DNA from: Catajapyx aquilonaris
Taxonomy: Eukaryota
Assembly (NCBI GenBank): GCA_000934665.2
Contig: JYFJ02003824.1
Span: 1-37,463, forward strand
Direction: 5' to 3'
Length of the DNA stretch: 37,463 bases
In this document: piece by piece, positions 1 to 10,900 of the stretch
Position numbering within the stretch: the stretch's first letter is position 1
Layout: every line of letters starts with the position of its first letter
The notes under the pieces: generated by a model
Database searches by the model: none
Told to the model about the DNA's origin: nothing
The model's input: only the letters and a program-made list of their open reading frames with translations
Made by a program: the position numbers and the translations under genes

Positions 1-119
1 CCCCCCCTTCTTCGCTGCTCCTCTAACACCTCTGAAGAAGTGTTTGGGAAACTGCGAAGAAACAGTCGCCATCTTGGCCAGAGATGTCGGCTGCAAATTT
101 TTTTTCTGACTCTCAACCA

Positions 120-190
120 TGGACATTCGGGATTTGAACCCACATCTCCCGATTGAGAGTCTGATGCGTTACCATAGAGCCACGCTCTAC
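120..190 (-). pseudogene. Degenerate tRNA-like sequence (tRNA pseudogene or SINE head; apparent anticodon CTC)
   Basis: Minus strand reads GTAGAGCGTGGCTCTATGGTAACGCATCAGACTCTCAATCGGGAGATGTGGGTTCAAATCCCGAATG. It has an A-box-like TGGCTCTATGG and a B-box GGTTCAAATCC at tRNA spacing and a 7-nt loop CT-CTC-AA. The acceptor stem does not pair, so it is not a functional tRNA. Confidence 0.6.
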
Positions 191-326
191 TGCAACGAAA
201 GTATGGATGTTGGAAGGTCTAGCCTATTTACCAGATGCACTTCAAAGAGAAATAAATGTGAATTGAGAGATGAAGGAACAGCCGGGAAAGGTCCATAGCG
301 GTAAAAAGAAACGACGTATTTTTTTT

Positions 327-392
327 CAGGATTCGATCCTTCAACCTTCTGATTACGAAGAGAGAGTCTTAACCACTAGACCACTGCGCTAC
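327..392 (-). pseudogene. Second degenerate tRNA-like sequence
   Basis: Minus strand reads GTAGCGCAGTGGTCTAGTGGTTAAGACTCTCTCTTCGTAATCAGAAGGTTGAAGGATCGAATCCTG followed by an A-run. It has A-box TGGTCTAGTGG, a paired D-stem GTCT/AGAC and a B-box-like GGATCGAATCC. The anticodon and acceptor stems are broken. Confidence 0.6.
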
Positions 393-782
393 TTCGATAC
401 TGATACTCTCTCCAGCATGTACTTATTGTAAAGAAAGGGCGCCACAAAAATAATACCATTCATCTCAATGTAGTGTCATTTGTCAAATAAATTCTCATAA
501 TATAAATATATATCCATATGTATATTTTCTACGTGAATAATTCAACATCACCATAAAATGTCTAATTTCGGTTACAATTTTTAGCCTTATTAGTGTGTAA
601 AGTAAAATAATGTGGTCATATGTGTGTTTCAGTTATATTAAGTAAAAACAGGCATATTCATTATACAGTATGTTATCAGAAACCAATATTTTCCCTACTT
701 TTCCGGTTTTCCCCACCACTTCTTCCACCCTTTTCTCCCAGTCCGCTGACATCTTTTCTCCAACTGAACCTGCGTTACTGAG

Positions 783-817
783 CTAGTCAGGGTGTGACCC
801 GAGGTCAGGGGTCACAC
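783..817. mobile_element. Possible Helitron/Helentron terminal hairpin
   Basis: Perfect 9-bp stem GTGTGACCC (792-800) / GGGTCACAC (809-817) with an 8-nt loop, and CTAG at 783-786. The element body and orientation are not established. Confidence 0.3.
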
Positions 818-1742
818 AATGTATAGTATTGTATGAAGCATATACAATATACCTACCAGCTTTGTCCTTCTTTCTAAGATTTGGAAATGGCCACCCTATC
901 TGCTACAGAAGGCTTAACAAGGGAAATGTCCACTAAAAGAAAATGATACAATATATTCTTTTACTTTAAAATGTTTTTCTGTCCCCCTAAGGCCGGCTCT
1001 GGCTATAGGTGTACTGTGTACGGTACACTAGTCATCACTGGCTACTCCGCATTATGAGATTAATCGTCAAGGTCATTCGCTAAATAATTTCCAAACATTT
1101 CAGCCTCATGAGAATTAATCTCAATACTGTATCAAAGTTGGTGAAAATGTCCCACAGAATCATTCCTTACCTTCACGTGACTACATTTCAATGTAAAATA
1201 CTGTACACCTAAATTTAAACCCAAACAACCGGAATTATATGGCAACATTCTGCGATAATGCACATTAATTTTCCAAGACTAATTAACACTGGGGGGGGGG
1301 GNTGGTATAGTCCCCCAAAGAATCAGCTATATTTTTCTTACCACGCGACCTAGAAACATGATGTTTGGTTTAAATATTACCTTAGTTCTTGGGAATGTAG
1401 CATTCTTCATAATAAAAGAGCACTGAAATGGACCTTCGATGCCATTCATACACACTCGAACGCGACGCGAATCGCTTTATTATCACAGGTCCTCCACAGC
1501 ATATCGACAACAATAGTCATGATTGCTGCACTGCGTGTTTTGGATTTTTACGGTGGTACATTACATCATTTAGACTACGATGTTTTGTCGCAAGAAACTG
1601 GGTACGAAACATCGTAGTGACCTTTTCGGTGATGCCAGAAGCCTGTGCTTCACTTTTTTCAATTTTTAAGCGTCGAGGTTAGAAGACTTGGAAAACAATA
1701 TCAGTAGAGCAACCGGAACTGTGGTGAGGATATGCTGCGAAG

Positions 1743-1912
1743 GGTATATCATACCAATTCGCCAGATGCGTACGCGCCCGACGGAAATATTCGCCCGAAA
1801 CAAACTCGCCGATACAAACTCACCCGATATATCGGTACAATACCTGCGAGGACTGCTGGAGTTTGTACCGGTATATCGAGCGAGTTTGCATCGGGCGATG
1901 TGTGATGGAACC
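1743..1912. mobile_element. Foldback/MITE-like palindromic element
   Basis: Arms 1806-1840 and 1863-1898 are reverse complements at 31/36 positions by hand alignment. Internal direct subrepeats TCGCC(C)GA-ACAAAC lie at 1791, 1806 and 1820. Weaker outer symmetry: GGTATATCATAC vs GTGTGATGGAACC. Confidence 0.5.
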
Positions 1913-2545
1913 ATGCATATGTTTTTGTTCTCAAAATATCTGCTAACATCCTTCTCAACTAGTGCCATAAGTAATAAATGTAAGTTATTTTGAAAACGAA
2001 TTGTCATATCACTTTTAACATAGTTTAGTAGCAGGGGACCAACTGACTTGGGAGTACTATCTGCTGGTGTCTTCTTCTGCATGACAGTGCGTAACCATTC
2101 ACACAGCTTCTTACTGTTCTTAAGCAAACTTCAGTCTAAGCATACTTTTAATAAGCTTACACCGTAAGGGGAGAGTGACTTTGTGACAGTTTTTGAAGTT
2201 TTTCGTATCAGCAGAAACCGTTTAATGTTTTTTAAAACCTCTTTATAATAGTTCAACAGAGAGTTGATACGGTGCCAGAAACGACTTATTATAAAAGTTC
2301 ACAAAATTCGCAAATCCAATTTCTTAATTGTCACGTCAAAAGTTAGGCACAGGCCTGCGGTATGACCCACTAAGCACAAAAGATCGATGATGCGAATCAC
2401 ACACTGAAAGGCAACCCCAATTCAAGCAGAATCTGTGGTTCACTTCAGGCGATGAATTTCAGATTGTGACATATTATTTGGAGGGCACGACAGCTGTATC
2501 AAAGAGTCTGTTTCTTCCTTGACAATATGTGCTCCATATTTTGCA

Positions 2546-4306
2546 TCATGCTGAGTTTTTGCGCCAAAAGAATAGCTCGAAAATTAATACGCATAAAGCC
2601 ACTGTAAATCCCACAACAATAAACAGATAGGCGCTTGATAAATGTTGAGTTGACAGTGGGTACGGGTCATCTGCTGAATATGTGACATCCGACCTGACCC
2701 TCTTCCTACCCTCTGCCCTGCGCTTTTCTAGGTGATTCAGCGTCCACAGTTGAACCAGCCCTGTTTCCACCAGGTTGTTTATCACTCGGTTCACATGCAG
2801 TACTAGAGGCGACCCTCGACCGAAAAACAGCGATCCATAAGTCGGCTGGGTGGCGGCAGGGGCCATCACAAACGGCGACTCCCCCCAACGGTGTCTGAAT
2901 TCAGAGTCCACCACATCATCCAAGAAAAAGTTGTAATCCACACAAGCAAAACGACCCGTCAGCACTCTCTGAGCGCAGCTGTGAAATGACGTTGGTCCTG
3001 TGTCCAGCCTAGTTCTCAGAGTCACAAAGGCGTTCGTTTCTGAAGTCAGCATCAGATTCTCCGTAATTCCATTTTGATGGCCAATTGCAATTTCCATTGA
3101 AGTTTCAGCTAACTCTTCAAAAGTCTTGGGATAGTGAGCTTCCTGAGGCGAAGTGAGGACAGCCATCAGCTTGCTCTTATAAGCTGTTGCAATCAGTATG
3201 GAGAACAAAAGCCATGATGCTACAAAACTTCTTTGTCTGCTCCTGATACATCCTTGCTCCAGTATGGGACGTGTCAGGCCCAAGATGGATCCCACGATGG
3301 TCTTGTGATCCATGAGGCTCAGAAGCATGCCAGCCAACCCCAAGGCGGAAGCTGTAGCCAACCAGAGAAATGGATGGAACGGCCCTACTATGGCTGACAA
3401 AGAGTAGACCGGAATGCTAGGAGACACCAGGAATGTGATGAAGCTGAAGGAAAACTGGGTGGCAAAGTCAACTGCTCCCCACCTATCAATGGCGATTGCC
3501 AATTCACTTCCGGCGTCCGCGTGGCCATACTTGACATGGCCGATAATCCCGTTCCAAACGCCATTGTGAAGCACTCCGAATGCCTGGTCGGGTGTTTCGT
3601 ATGCGTCTAATGTGAAGTTCAGGGCACGCTCCAGGGCTGTCAGCAAGGGAGGTACGCGTCCTCCGTCTGGCACAGTGCGGTTGCCCACCTCCTTCAGGGT
3701 GATCAACGGTGGTGCCTGTCGACAGGCCATCCGCAATGGCTTCCCCATCAAGTTCACACTAAATTGGCGGAATATGTCCACATCAGGTGGATGTAGAGTC
3801 CCATGAATGAATTGCGCCAATACTGGTGACTGGCTGTCAGCAATAATAGTTCTAGAGCCGTGGACGACTAACTTTATGCCATCCCTTACCATAGCAATCT
3901 TTTTGTTTGCATCTATTCCGTTCAATTTGCTTGCAATTGTGTCGTTGTCCTTGACTAAAAGTACCACATAGTCTGATTTGTAGGTCCACAAAATGGCTTC
4001 ACACTCCAACACTGCTAGTAACTGGCACGATGTTCTGTTACCACGGGAGGTACCGACACTGGGGACATTTAGTGTGGGACGCCATTGCAACTGATGTCGT
4101 CGTAGAAGTTGCCAGTACGGTTCAGGCAAAACTGAATAGTTGTGCACTAACACTAGAGAGCAGTTTGTATTCACATGTTTCTCCAGGATGTAGTGTAGAA
4201 AGTCTGCCATAAATGTTGATTCTTCGTCGAGTTCTTCGTGTGTCGTGATGTAATATGACATTGATGACAGTATTTGAAAAGAGAGGAGAGCTAAAGACTG
4301 TTCCAT
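2546..4306 (-). CDS. Intronless divergent ionotropic receptor (iGluR-related chemosensory IR), 586 aa from first ATG
   Basis: Hydrophobic N-terminus MEQSLALLSFQILSS. S1 lobe: PPL..., FGVLHNGVWNGIIGHVKYGHADAG, IDRWGAVDF. Pre-M1 PFHPFLW plus M1. M3 SWLLFSILIATAYKSKLMAVLTSP (SYTANLAAF equivalent). S2 followed by NRVINNLVETGLVQLW. PLSTQHLSSAY plus M4 and a short C-tail. The ORF-track start at 4357 is TTG; the first ATG is at 4306. Confidence 0.93.
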   Translation of the reverse strand: MEQSLALLSFQILSSMSYYITTHEELDEESTFMADFLHYILEKHVNTNCSLVLVHNYSVLPEPYWQLLRRHQLQWRPTLNVPSVGTSRGNRTSCQLLAVLECEAILWTYKSDYVVLLVKDNDTIASKLNGIDANKKIAMVRDGIKLVVHGSRTIIADSQSPVLAQFIHGTLHPPDVDIFRQFSVNLMGKPLRMACRQAPPLITLKEVGNRTVPDGGRVPPLLTALERALNFTLDAYETPDQAFGVLHNGVWNGIIGHVKYGHADAGSELAIAIDRWGAVDFATQFSFSFITFLVSPSIPVYSLSAIVGPFHPFLWLATASALGLAGMLLSLMDHKTIVGSILGLTRPILEQGCIRSRQRSFVASWLLFSILIATAYKSKLMAVLTSPQEAHYPKTFEELAETSMEIAIGHQNGITENLMLTSETNAFVTLRTRLDTGPTSFHSCAQRVLTGRFACVDYNFFLDDVVDSEFRHRWGESPFVMAPAATQPTYGSLFFGRGSPLVLHVNRVINNLVETGLVQLWTLNHLEKRRAEGRKRVRSDVTYSADDPYPLSTQHLSSAYLFIVVGFTVALCVLIFELFFWRKNSA

Positions 4307-7186
4307 CGTGGGTCCGATCGGCGAATGTGTTGCATGGGATTTGACCAAGTGAGGCAACAGCGTATTAAATTAGTAAAAAGGTTACATAATAGAGTGATGG
4401 TTACCTGTCAATCATAAGCTGCACACGAGACAGACAACGCTTCACGTAAGATGTCAATAATCACCTGGAGCTACGACGAAGGTATGAGACGGTGAGCTTC
4501 GTGGGAACCACCTAGTGTGAGTCATCTAATAATGATTAAGTTACTTGGAAAATAATTCCTGCATACGTGTATTGGATTGTCACGTTGTAGCTGAAATGTT
4601 TACTCGAGAAAAATGGATCTATTTGCGCAAAGGCATTCTCATGAGGCGTTCAAGAGGCCCAATATCGTAACTTGCAGCTGATCGTATCAACTGGAGCGTA
4701 AGAGACTGTCACGTAGGGAAGCTTGCTAAAAATAAGTTATGCATAGCCAGTCAGTATATATAAACTGACACATACAGAGACGACCACTGACTGGTTCTAT
4801 TCCATCTGGAAGAAGTGATCAACATACATTAAACTTAAACTTAAACTACTTCGATACTTGCTAAGTAAGTGTCATAATTCGTGACCTATCGGCTATCCAC
4901 ACTACTTCTCCTAAGTCCTAACCTTTTCATTCTTACTCTTACATGTTTGATGATCTATCGGAATATGTTGCTGTTGAGATTTATTAGTTTGCTGATATCC
5001 GATAAGAATTGCACGTAAGGTTTACCATATCCCAGGAACTGCGAAGACACGTGTTATACGCTGTGTACGGAATCACTCATATGTGTCAGGACCACTATAT
5101 CGAGCTTGTCACAGGGTTAATACAGTTCTCAGATACAGTTACATCATGCACAATGCGGAGGATCTCAAAATTGCAATCTTGCATGCAAGGTGCCAATTTA
5201 TTGTACTGTAGTTGCAGTTCTCACTTGAAATGTTATTGAAACATTACTTGTGTACTGAATATCGTAATTAGCTTACAAATACTGTATGTCAACGCAGAAT
5301 CCCTGGCATCAGAAGATGACATATGAAAACACGTGGAATTGAGTGAAAAATTCGCAGTGCCACTGTGCCAGAATTAACTTGGCAGAATCGTTCATTGTTC
5401 TTGATCGAACGCAAGCAGAATACAAATTGTGTGGCTGCATGCTTTTTATTTGTTTGCACCAGATCTATTGGGACCATCAAGATGATAAGCTTGAGTGCCA
5501 CTCCTTTTCAGGCAAGACATTTCTCACCACTTTGTTTAAGAATTTATCGTCTACCTAGCGTGCAATGTCACTGCATTCCAGGAAGTAGATATTGTTTTCG
5601 GGCATTTGCATGCCGGGTGCATATGCGCCATACCCCAAATTTCCTTTCCTCCTATACGCAGTTTTTGTGTGCAGATAGTTCTTGAGGACACTGCAGTATT
5701 GAAAATAATGAGTTCCCAGCTGTGATTTTATGCACTAGGGGCACCGAATCGTTAATCCTGACTCTTCAGAGCAACCCGCATAACCACACCGCCCAGCTCA
5801 CAAGTGACGCCTAACTTTCAGGATAACCTCTTTGGCATCTGTGCGACGTTTTTTTTTTAAATAAAAAAAATACAGTATATGGTACTGCTGTGTGGCAGAA
5901 TGGAAGTTAAAGCTGGCCACTACACATTGTTTTCAGCGTTCTGGTAGCTGTTTTTTCCCCTTTTCAAACATGTTTTTTTAGTTGTGGGAGTATGTCCACT
6001 CTGGAACAATTGCCATCACAGCATAGTTGTCTTCCACAGCGCACTCAAGCTGTAACCGTAAGTCTTCCAAACAAGTAGAAATCACTTGAGGTCACATCTC
6101 TTTCTCGTCAGGGGTGTTTGTGTAACGTTTACGCTGGATTCGGTCAGTGATTTCATTGGCACAGACCTGTCGTGCGTCCGTAACGAAAGCACTTTCAGAC
6201 GGAATGATCAAAACCATTTCACATGATTGCATAACTGGTAGTTATGCTCAAATATATTTGGCTGCCACAATAAGTTCGACATCTTGACTTGTGGATATAG
6301 CTTTTCTCTATTATTCTTCACTGCTGGATTGCTTTGAATTATTCACTCAGCTTGAGAGAGGTCACCCAACCTTCAGACTGAGCACTCCGATATATCATGA
6401 CTATATTATCCTCCTGCCAAAGTGTGCGTCCAACCATCGATCTGAAGTCACCCAAGGACAAGTCGATCAGATTTTGCAATATTGACATCAGTAAACTGCA
6501 ACTAGTTTTGCGTTAATTACAGTAGCTACAGAGTAGCTATTATAGTAGACTAGTTTTCCCGCACCAAACGTAGCTTGCCAACCCTTACCAAGCACAGCTT
6601 CAGTTGCTTGTATAAAGGATAATGACAATCTTTGCAGGATCCCCATGTGCAGAATGCTCTTCCTGATCGACTATCCTGAACTACTGAAGAATTACCATAT
6701 TATTTTATTATTTTCTCAATATTTTTATTATTTATCCAAGTTGAAGTCTTGTGTCTTGATCTCGAATACTTTTGGTTCGTGATGGGACATCACCAGATAC
6801 ACAGTAATAGTTGATAATGGTACAGAGAAGCCTGTGTAATCCCAGGTTACCAACATGACATTTTTAGGATGGTTTCTTCTCATAGGTCAAGCAAAGCTTC
6901 CACTCCACTCCATTCCTTTCTTTCCCCATGTACAGTACTATCGGGTTCAAATACTTTTGGCCACTTTATCCTGGTCTTGAAGCAACCCTTCACACACACA
7001 AACCTCCCTAACGCGGGGTCTGTGCGAAGGGTTGCTTCAAGGCCAGCATAAAGTGGCCAAAAGTATATTTGAACCCAATAGTACATCGTACATCCAATGT
7101 AGTAATAGTAACTTACTGAAATGGTGTACACAAACAAAAATAATATTCCACATATAAGTCCCAATTTTATGCGAATAAACAAGAAT

Positions 7187-7308
7187 TTTATTACTGTTAA
7201 TCATGACCACGGCCATCATTATTATAACACGAAATCATTTTTTCACTCTATATTATAATTTCTTACATGGTATAACTGAAATGCAGCACCTTCATTCATA
7301 AGTTTATT
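7187..7308 (-). terminator. Candidate polyadenylation signals in spire 3' UTR
   Basis: AATAAA on the minus strand at 7308-7303 and 7192-7187, about 490 and 600 nt after the spire stop, in AT-rich sequence. Confidence 0.35.
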
Positions 7309-7795
7309 CAGTACTTTTTAATGCGCTCTGGTTTGGAAGTCACAAAATGAGGAGGAAATAACTACATGACTAGTTCCCAAAGCTCCTTCCATTTACCTTT
7401 GCGCAAACTTGCTTAATCCACCTCCCTACCCCACCTCCTCCTCCTCCTCCTAAAAAATTCATTAAGCATACATATTACACTTAGGCGATATATATACATG
7501 TAGGTAAAACATCAGCGAAACAGAATCATTACATAATGGGGAGAACCGAAAAATAATCAAGTGTTGAAGAATTTGGGAAAAAAGTAGGGTGAGGTTTTGG
7601 GGAGGGGGTGTGGAGATGGTGAACCTAATTTGACTTAACACATAGTATAACAAATGTTAAATTATGTAGCGTTTCTTACAGTGTCCTGGTAAATTGGTCG
7701 TTCCGGCATAAATACCACATAATAACAACAGTTAATGATGACAAACTGGGAATTGGCATGGGGTGGATGTGGTGGTTTAGTAGTTGATTTTTGCA

Positions 7796-7985
7796 TCAGT
7801 AGACTGGGTTGAGATTCAGGCTCATCTGCTTGAGCACATTCGACCTCTTGGTTCTGGAGGAGCGGATGATCTGCAGGACCATGGTTTTGCAGTCATGACA
7901 CACATTCATCAGGGATCCCTTCAACTTTTCAGCCTTCTCAGCCTCTATCTTGCTCAGCGCCTTTGCTCTGGAGGCACGATATCTC
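7796..7985 (-). CDS. spir: spire exon 12 (last FYVE Cys pair and C-terminus)
   Basis: Acceptor gattgcctttag, phase 2. Encodes [62 protein letters not shown]. Not in the ORF track. Confidence 0.92.
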
Positions 7986-10900
7986 CTAAAGGCAATCGAT
8001 GAGAAATATTACTTTTTCATAGCTACACATAATGCCACAGAAATCATCACAATTATTGCCATACAAGTGAAAATATTCCGAATTGTTGAAGTTAAATGTT
8101 ATCTGCAGTATTATGACTCACTATACAGTAACCTCTCATTAATCAAACAGTTCAGTGAACTGCCAGTTGTTTGCATGTGGACTGATAGACATGCACAATC
8201 TGCTTTGATTAATTAGATACTGACGAAAGAGTGCAATGCAATTACTATATGTCATCCAAGGGACTAAAAATATTTAAAATGACAGCATGTATACACCTCC
8301 AACTCTCACACTCCATGAGAACACATCCATAATTATGATCAGTTGGCCATGCTGCAATACTGAACTTACGTTTTCATCCTGAGTATTCCAATAGACACAG
8401 AGGAAAGTGAGGGCAAGCTCTGTGGGCTTTCGTGGTCCTCGTCAGATTGTCCGGTCCGGCTGCTGCTCCTGTCTTCTTGGTCCTCCTGGTCTCCATCCCC
8501 GGAAGCGCTGCCAACTTGGGAGCCAGTGTGGCTTCCAGTGTGGCTCCCACCATGGCTGCTGCCCCCTCCTACTCCTACTCCTCCTTCCCCCACTCCCTCC
8601 TCTCCACCTCCTCCATCCCCTCCCCCTTCTCCATCCTGGCTTCTGGTCAGGTTTGGAGAAGGTGGAGCACTCCCCACAGTATTGTTCTTCAGAGTTGCTC
8701 CACCTCCACCTCCCCCACCAAATCCAGAAGGCAGGTGGTCTGGAACTGCTAGTTTGGCCATGAGGGTCTTGAAGCCTGATTCCTTCTCCTCTTCTCGTGG
8801 GGAAACATTAGGGCTCAGTGTGAAGACAGGCACTTTGGAGAAGTGCTCTGTTGGGATGCGCATCTGTTGAGGAGAAAGAACATCATTGCAATAATGTATA
8901 CTCTCTTAACTCCACATCCCCATTACATTACCTTGGAGCAGCACTTGGCACAAACCGTCCTCTTGCAAAGCTTGCACTTGTGTCCCCATGGCCCAAAGAT
9001 GCTGAACCTGGTCTTGAGGCACAGAAAGCACACTTTACTCTTCTCCACGTCCTCCTTCAGGCTACAATCCACAGGAAGGCTCTCCAGCTCAGCCTTGGTC
9101 AAGACATTGCGGATGTGCACTACCTCCTCCAGAGTCAGCGACAAACAATCCACTGCTTGCTGCCAATGATTCTTCCATATGAAAATGGGCTCATGTTATT
9201 GTTACAGACACAATCTTCTAATCCATCATGTGGATGAAGCAATATAATAATGCTTACGGATCTGAAGAATTCCTCCTGCAAGCTCTGCCTGGAGCAGCTT
9301 GACCTGGGCATACTAGGATGTGCATAGTGATCGAAGCTCCCTCCATTGGCGAAGGTCCTCGGTCTCCTCCTCCGGTCCTGCAGAGAAGGAGTGCTGACCG
9401 AGATGGTGTGCCGCCTGAGGATGACCGTTGAGCCACTGCGGCACTGGGTGGCCAGGTCCAGGGCAGTCCGGTGCCAAGGGGAAGACGGGGTGGAGGCAGG
9501 GGTGGACTTGCTGCCCTGCTGGTGGTCGTACCTGCGGTTGCTCTGATTGTTGTTGTTGTTGTTGTGTTGCTGGAAGTGGGCGTAGTCAATCTGACCCCCA
9601 TGACCGTTCTCGATCGGGGAGGTCAGGAAGAAGTCGTCATCGTCATCGTCCTGAAAGGACATACGGTGTCAACTTGCATTCTGGCCAACTATCATTTTAC
9701 CTGCACTGGCTCTGCTCTTCATAATCTGGGTACCACCCATTATGACAAGACATGCACAATTACATCCGAAAAAGCCTAGGTCATTACCCATTAATCAAAG
9801 GGCCCACGGCCACCGTCTCCCAAAATTGCATAGAGCATGCCGACTAGTAGTATCACAATGATAAACCAGTGTAATCCCGACACCAGATAACAACAAAAGC
9901 AGGGGGCATGCTGCGCAAAATAATTAAGCATCAGGTGTGGCCACTTTCATACCCCCACCTAATGCCGTTTCTCATTGTCACAACTTATGAATCACCATTC
10001 ACACCCTTCTCAAAAGAGTGAGAATTGTGCGAAAGCATGTCCAATACTCACATCGAGGCTGTCGAGCAAGGAGAAATCCGCCTTGATGAGTCGACGTGTC
10101 GGTTGCGATGTGCCATTGCTCGACTGCGCCATTTCGACGACAGCTCTCGACACTTCCACAGGGTCTATCCATGCAACAAAAAGACCAGTAATAAAGCTGG
10201 AGTTACGACCACACATGCATACCAGGACACCGTACGTACTTATCTACGCCTGTAATCTGAAAGCAGCTTATCATTTAATCTCACTTCACGCATAGTCAGG
10301 CGTGTTCTAAGGACATATCTCATGCCCGCAATTTAAATCGGATCTCAGCATGCGACGTATTAACTGTCGCATTTAGACACAAATTGAATATGACAAGCAA
10401 GCACCCCAGTTTCAATTTTTATATAAATAAGTAGCACAAACGTCCCGATACTTTTTGCTGGTGATTCGCTCAATACATTAGTACACATCTCAATTAAATC
10501 GTATTGCACTCGGATATTATGCAGGCGTAATCTCCACCGCAAAATACACGCTTTCTATATCGCGTGTTCCCCATACTGGTTCGGAAACTACACGCAACTG
10601 TACACTTCCCATCCTTCCAGGAAAGTAACACCGATCGAACTCTTTTTTCCCCCTAGCAAATACCTGAGAAAAACATCCCCATCTTGAATTCTGCTTGCCC
10701 CAAAAACTCATCAGCTGAACTCATCAAGCAAAACATGCAGCGAGACGACCCGAGTTAATCCGAACTTAATCTCCTGCTGAGGAAATAAGCAATTGCCAGC
10801 CCCCAAATGACGCCACCTGGAAAACCATCTAATGAACTTCTTTTTTTGTACCAACCTCCTCGGTCCGATTGCAAATTACTTTAAAAAGCTAACCTCCCCA

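Noticed and set aside
802..814. DR1-like AGGTCA-G-GGGTCA
   Set aside because: Lies inside the putative transposon hairpin, which explains it more simply.
988..1032. GGCCGGCTCT plus GTGTAC/GTACAC-TAG as an hAT or Helitron terminus
   Set aside because: Only a 6-bp stem and no partner end found.
1428..2127. ORFs 1428-1682, 1666-2127 and 1688-1993 as genes or transposase
   Set aside because: No recognisable motif; they overlap the palindromic repeat and read as chance ORFs.
2162..2362. pogo/Tc1-like MITE starting CCGTAAGGGGAGAGTGACTTTGTGACA
   Set aside because: The right side matches only TGTCAC and CGGT; there is no full terminal inverted repeat or clear TA duplication.
4307..4357. TTG-initiated N-terminal extension of the IR
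   Set aside because: Artefact of the prokaryote-style ORF caller; the ATG at 4306 precedes the hydrophobic signal-like segment.
8407..9779. Multiple plus-strand Pro/Leu/Val-rich ORFs
   Set aside because: Antisense shadows of low-complexity spire exons 9-11.
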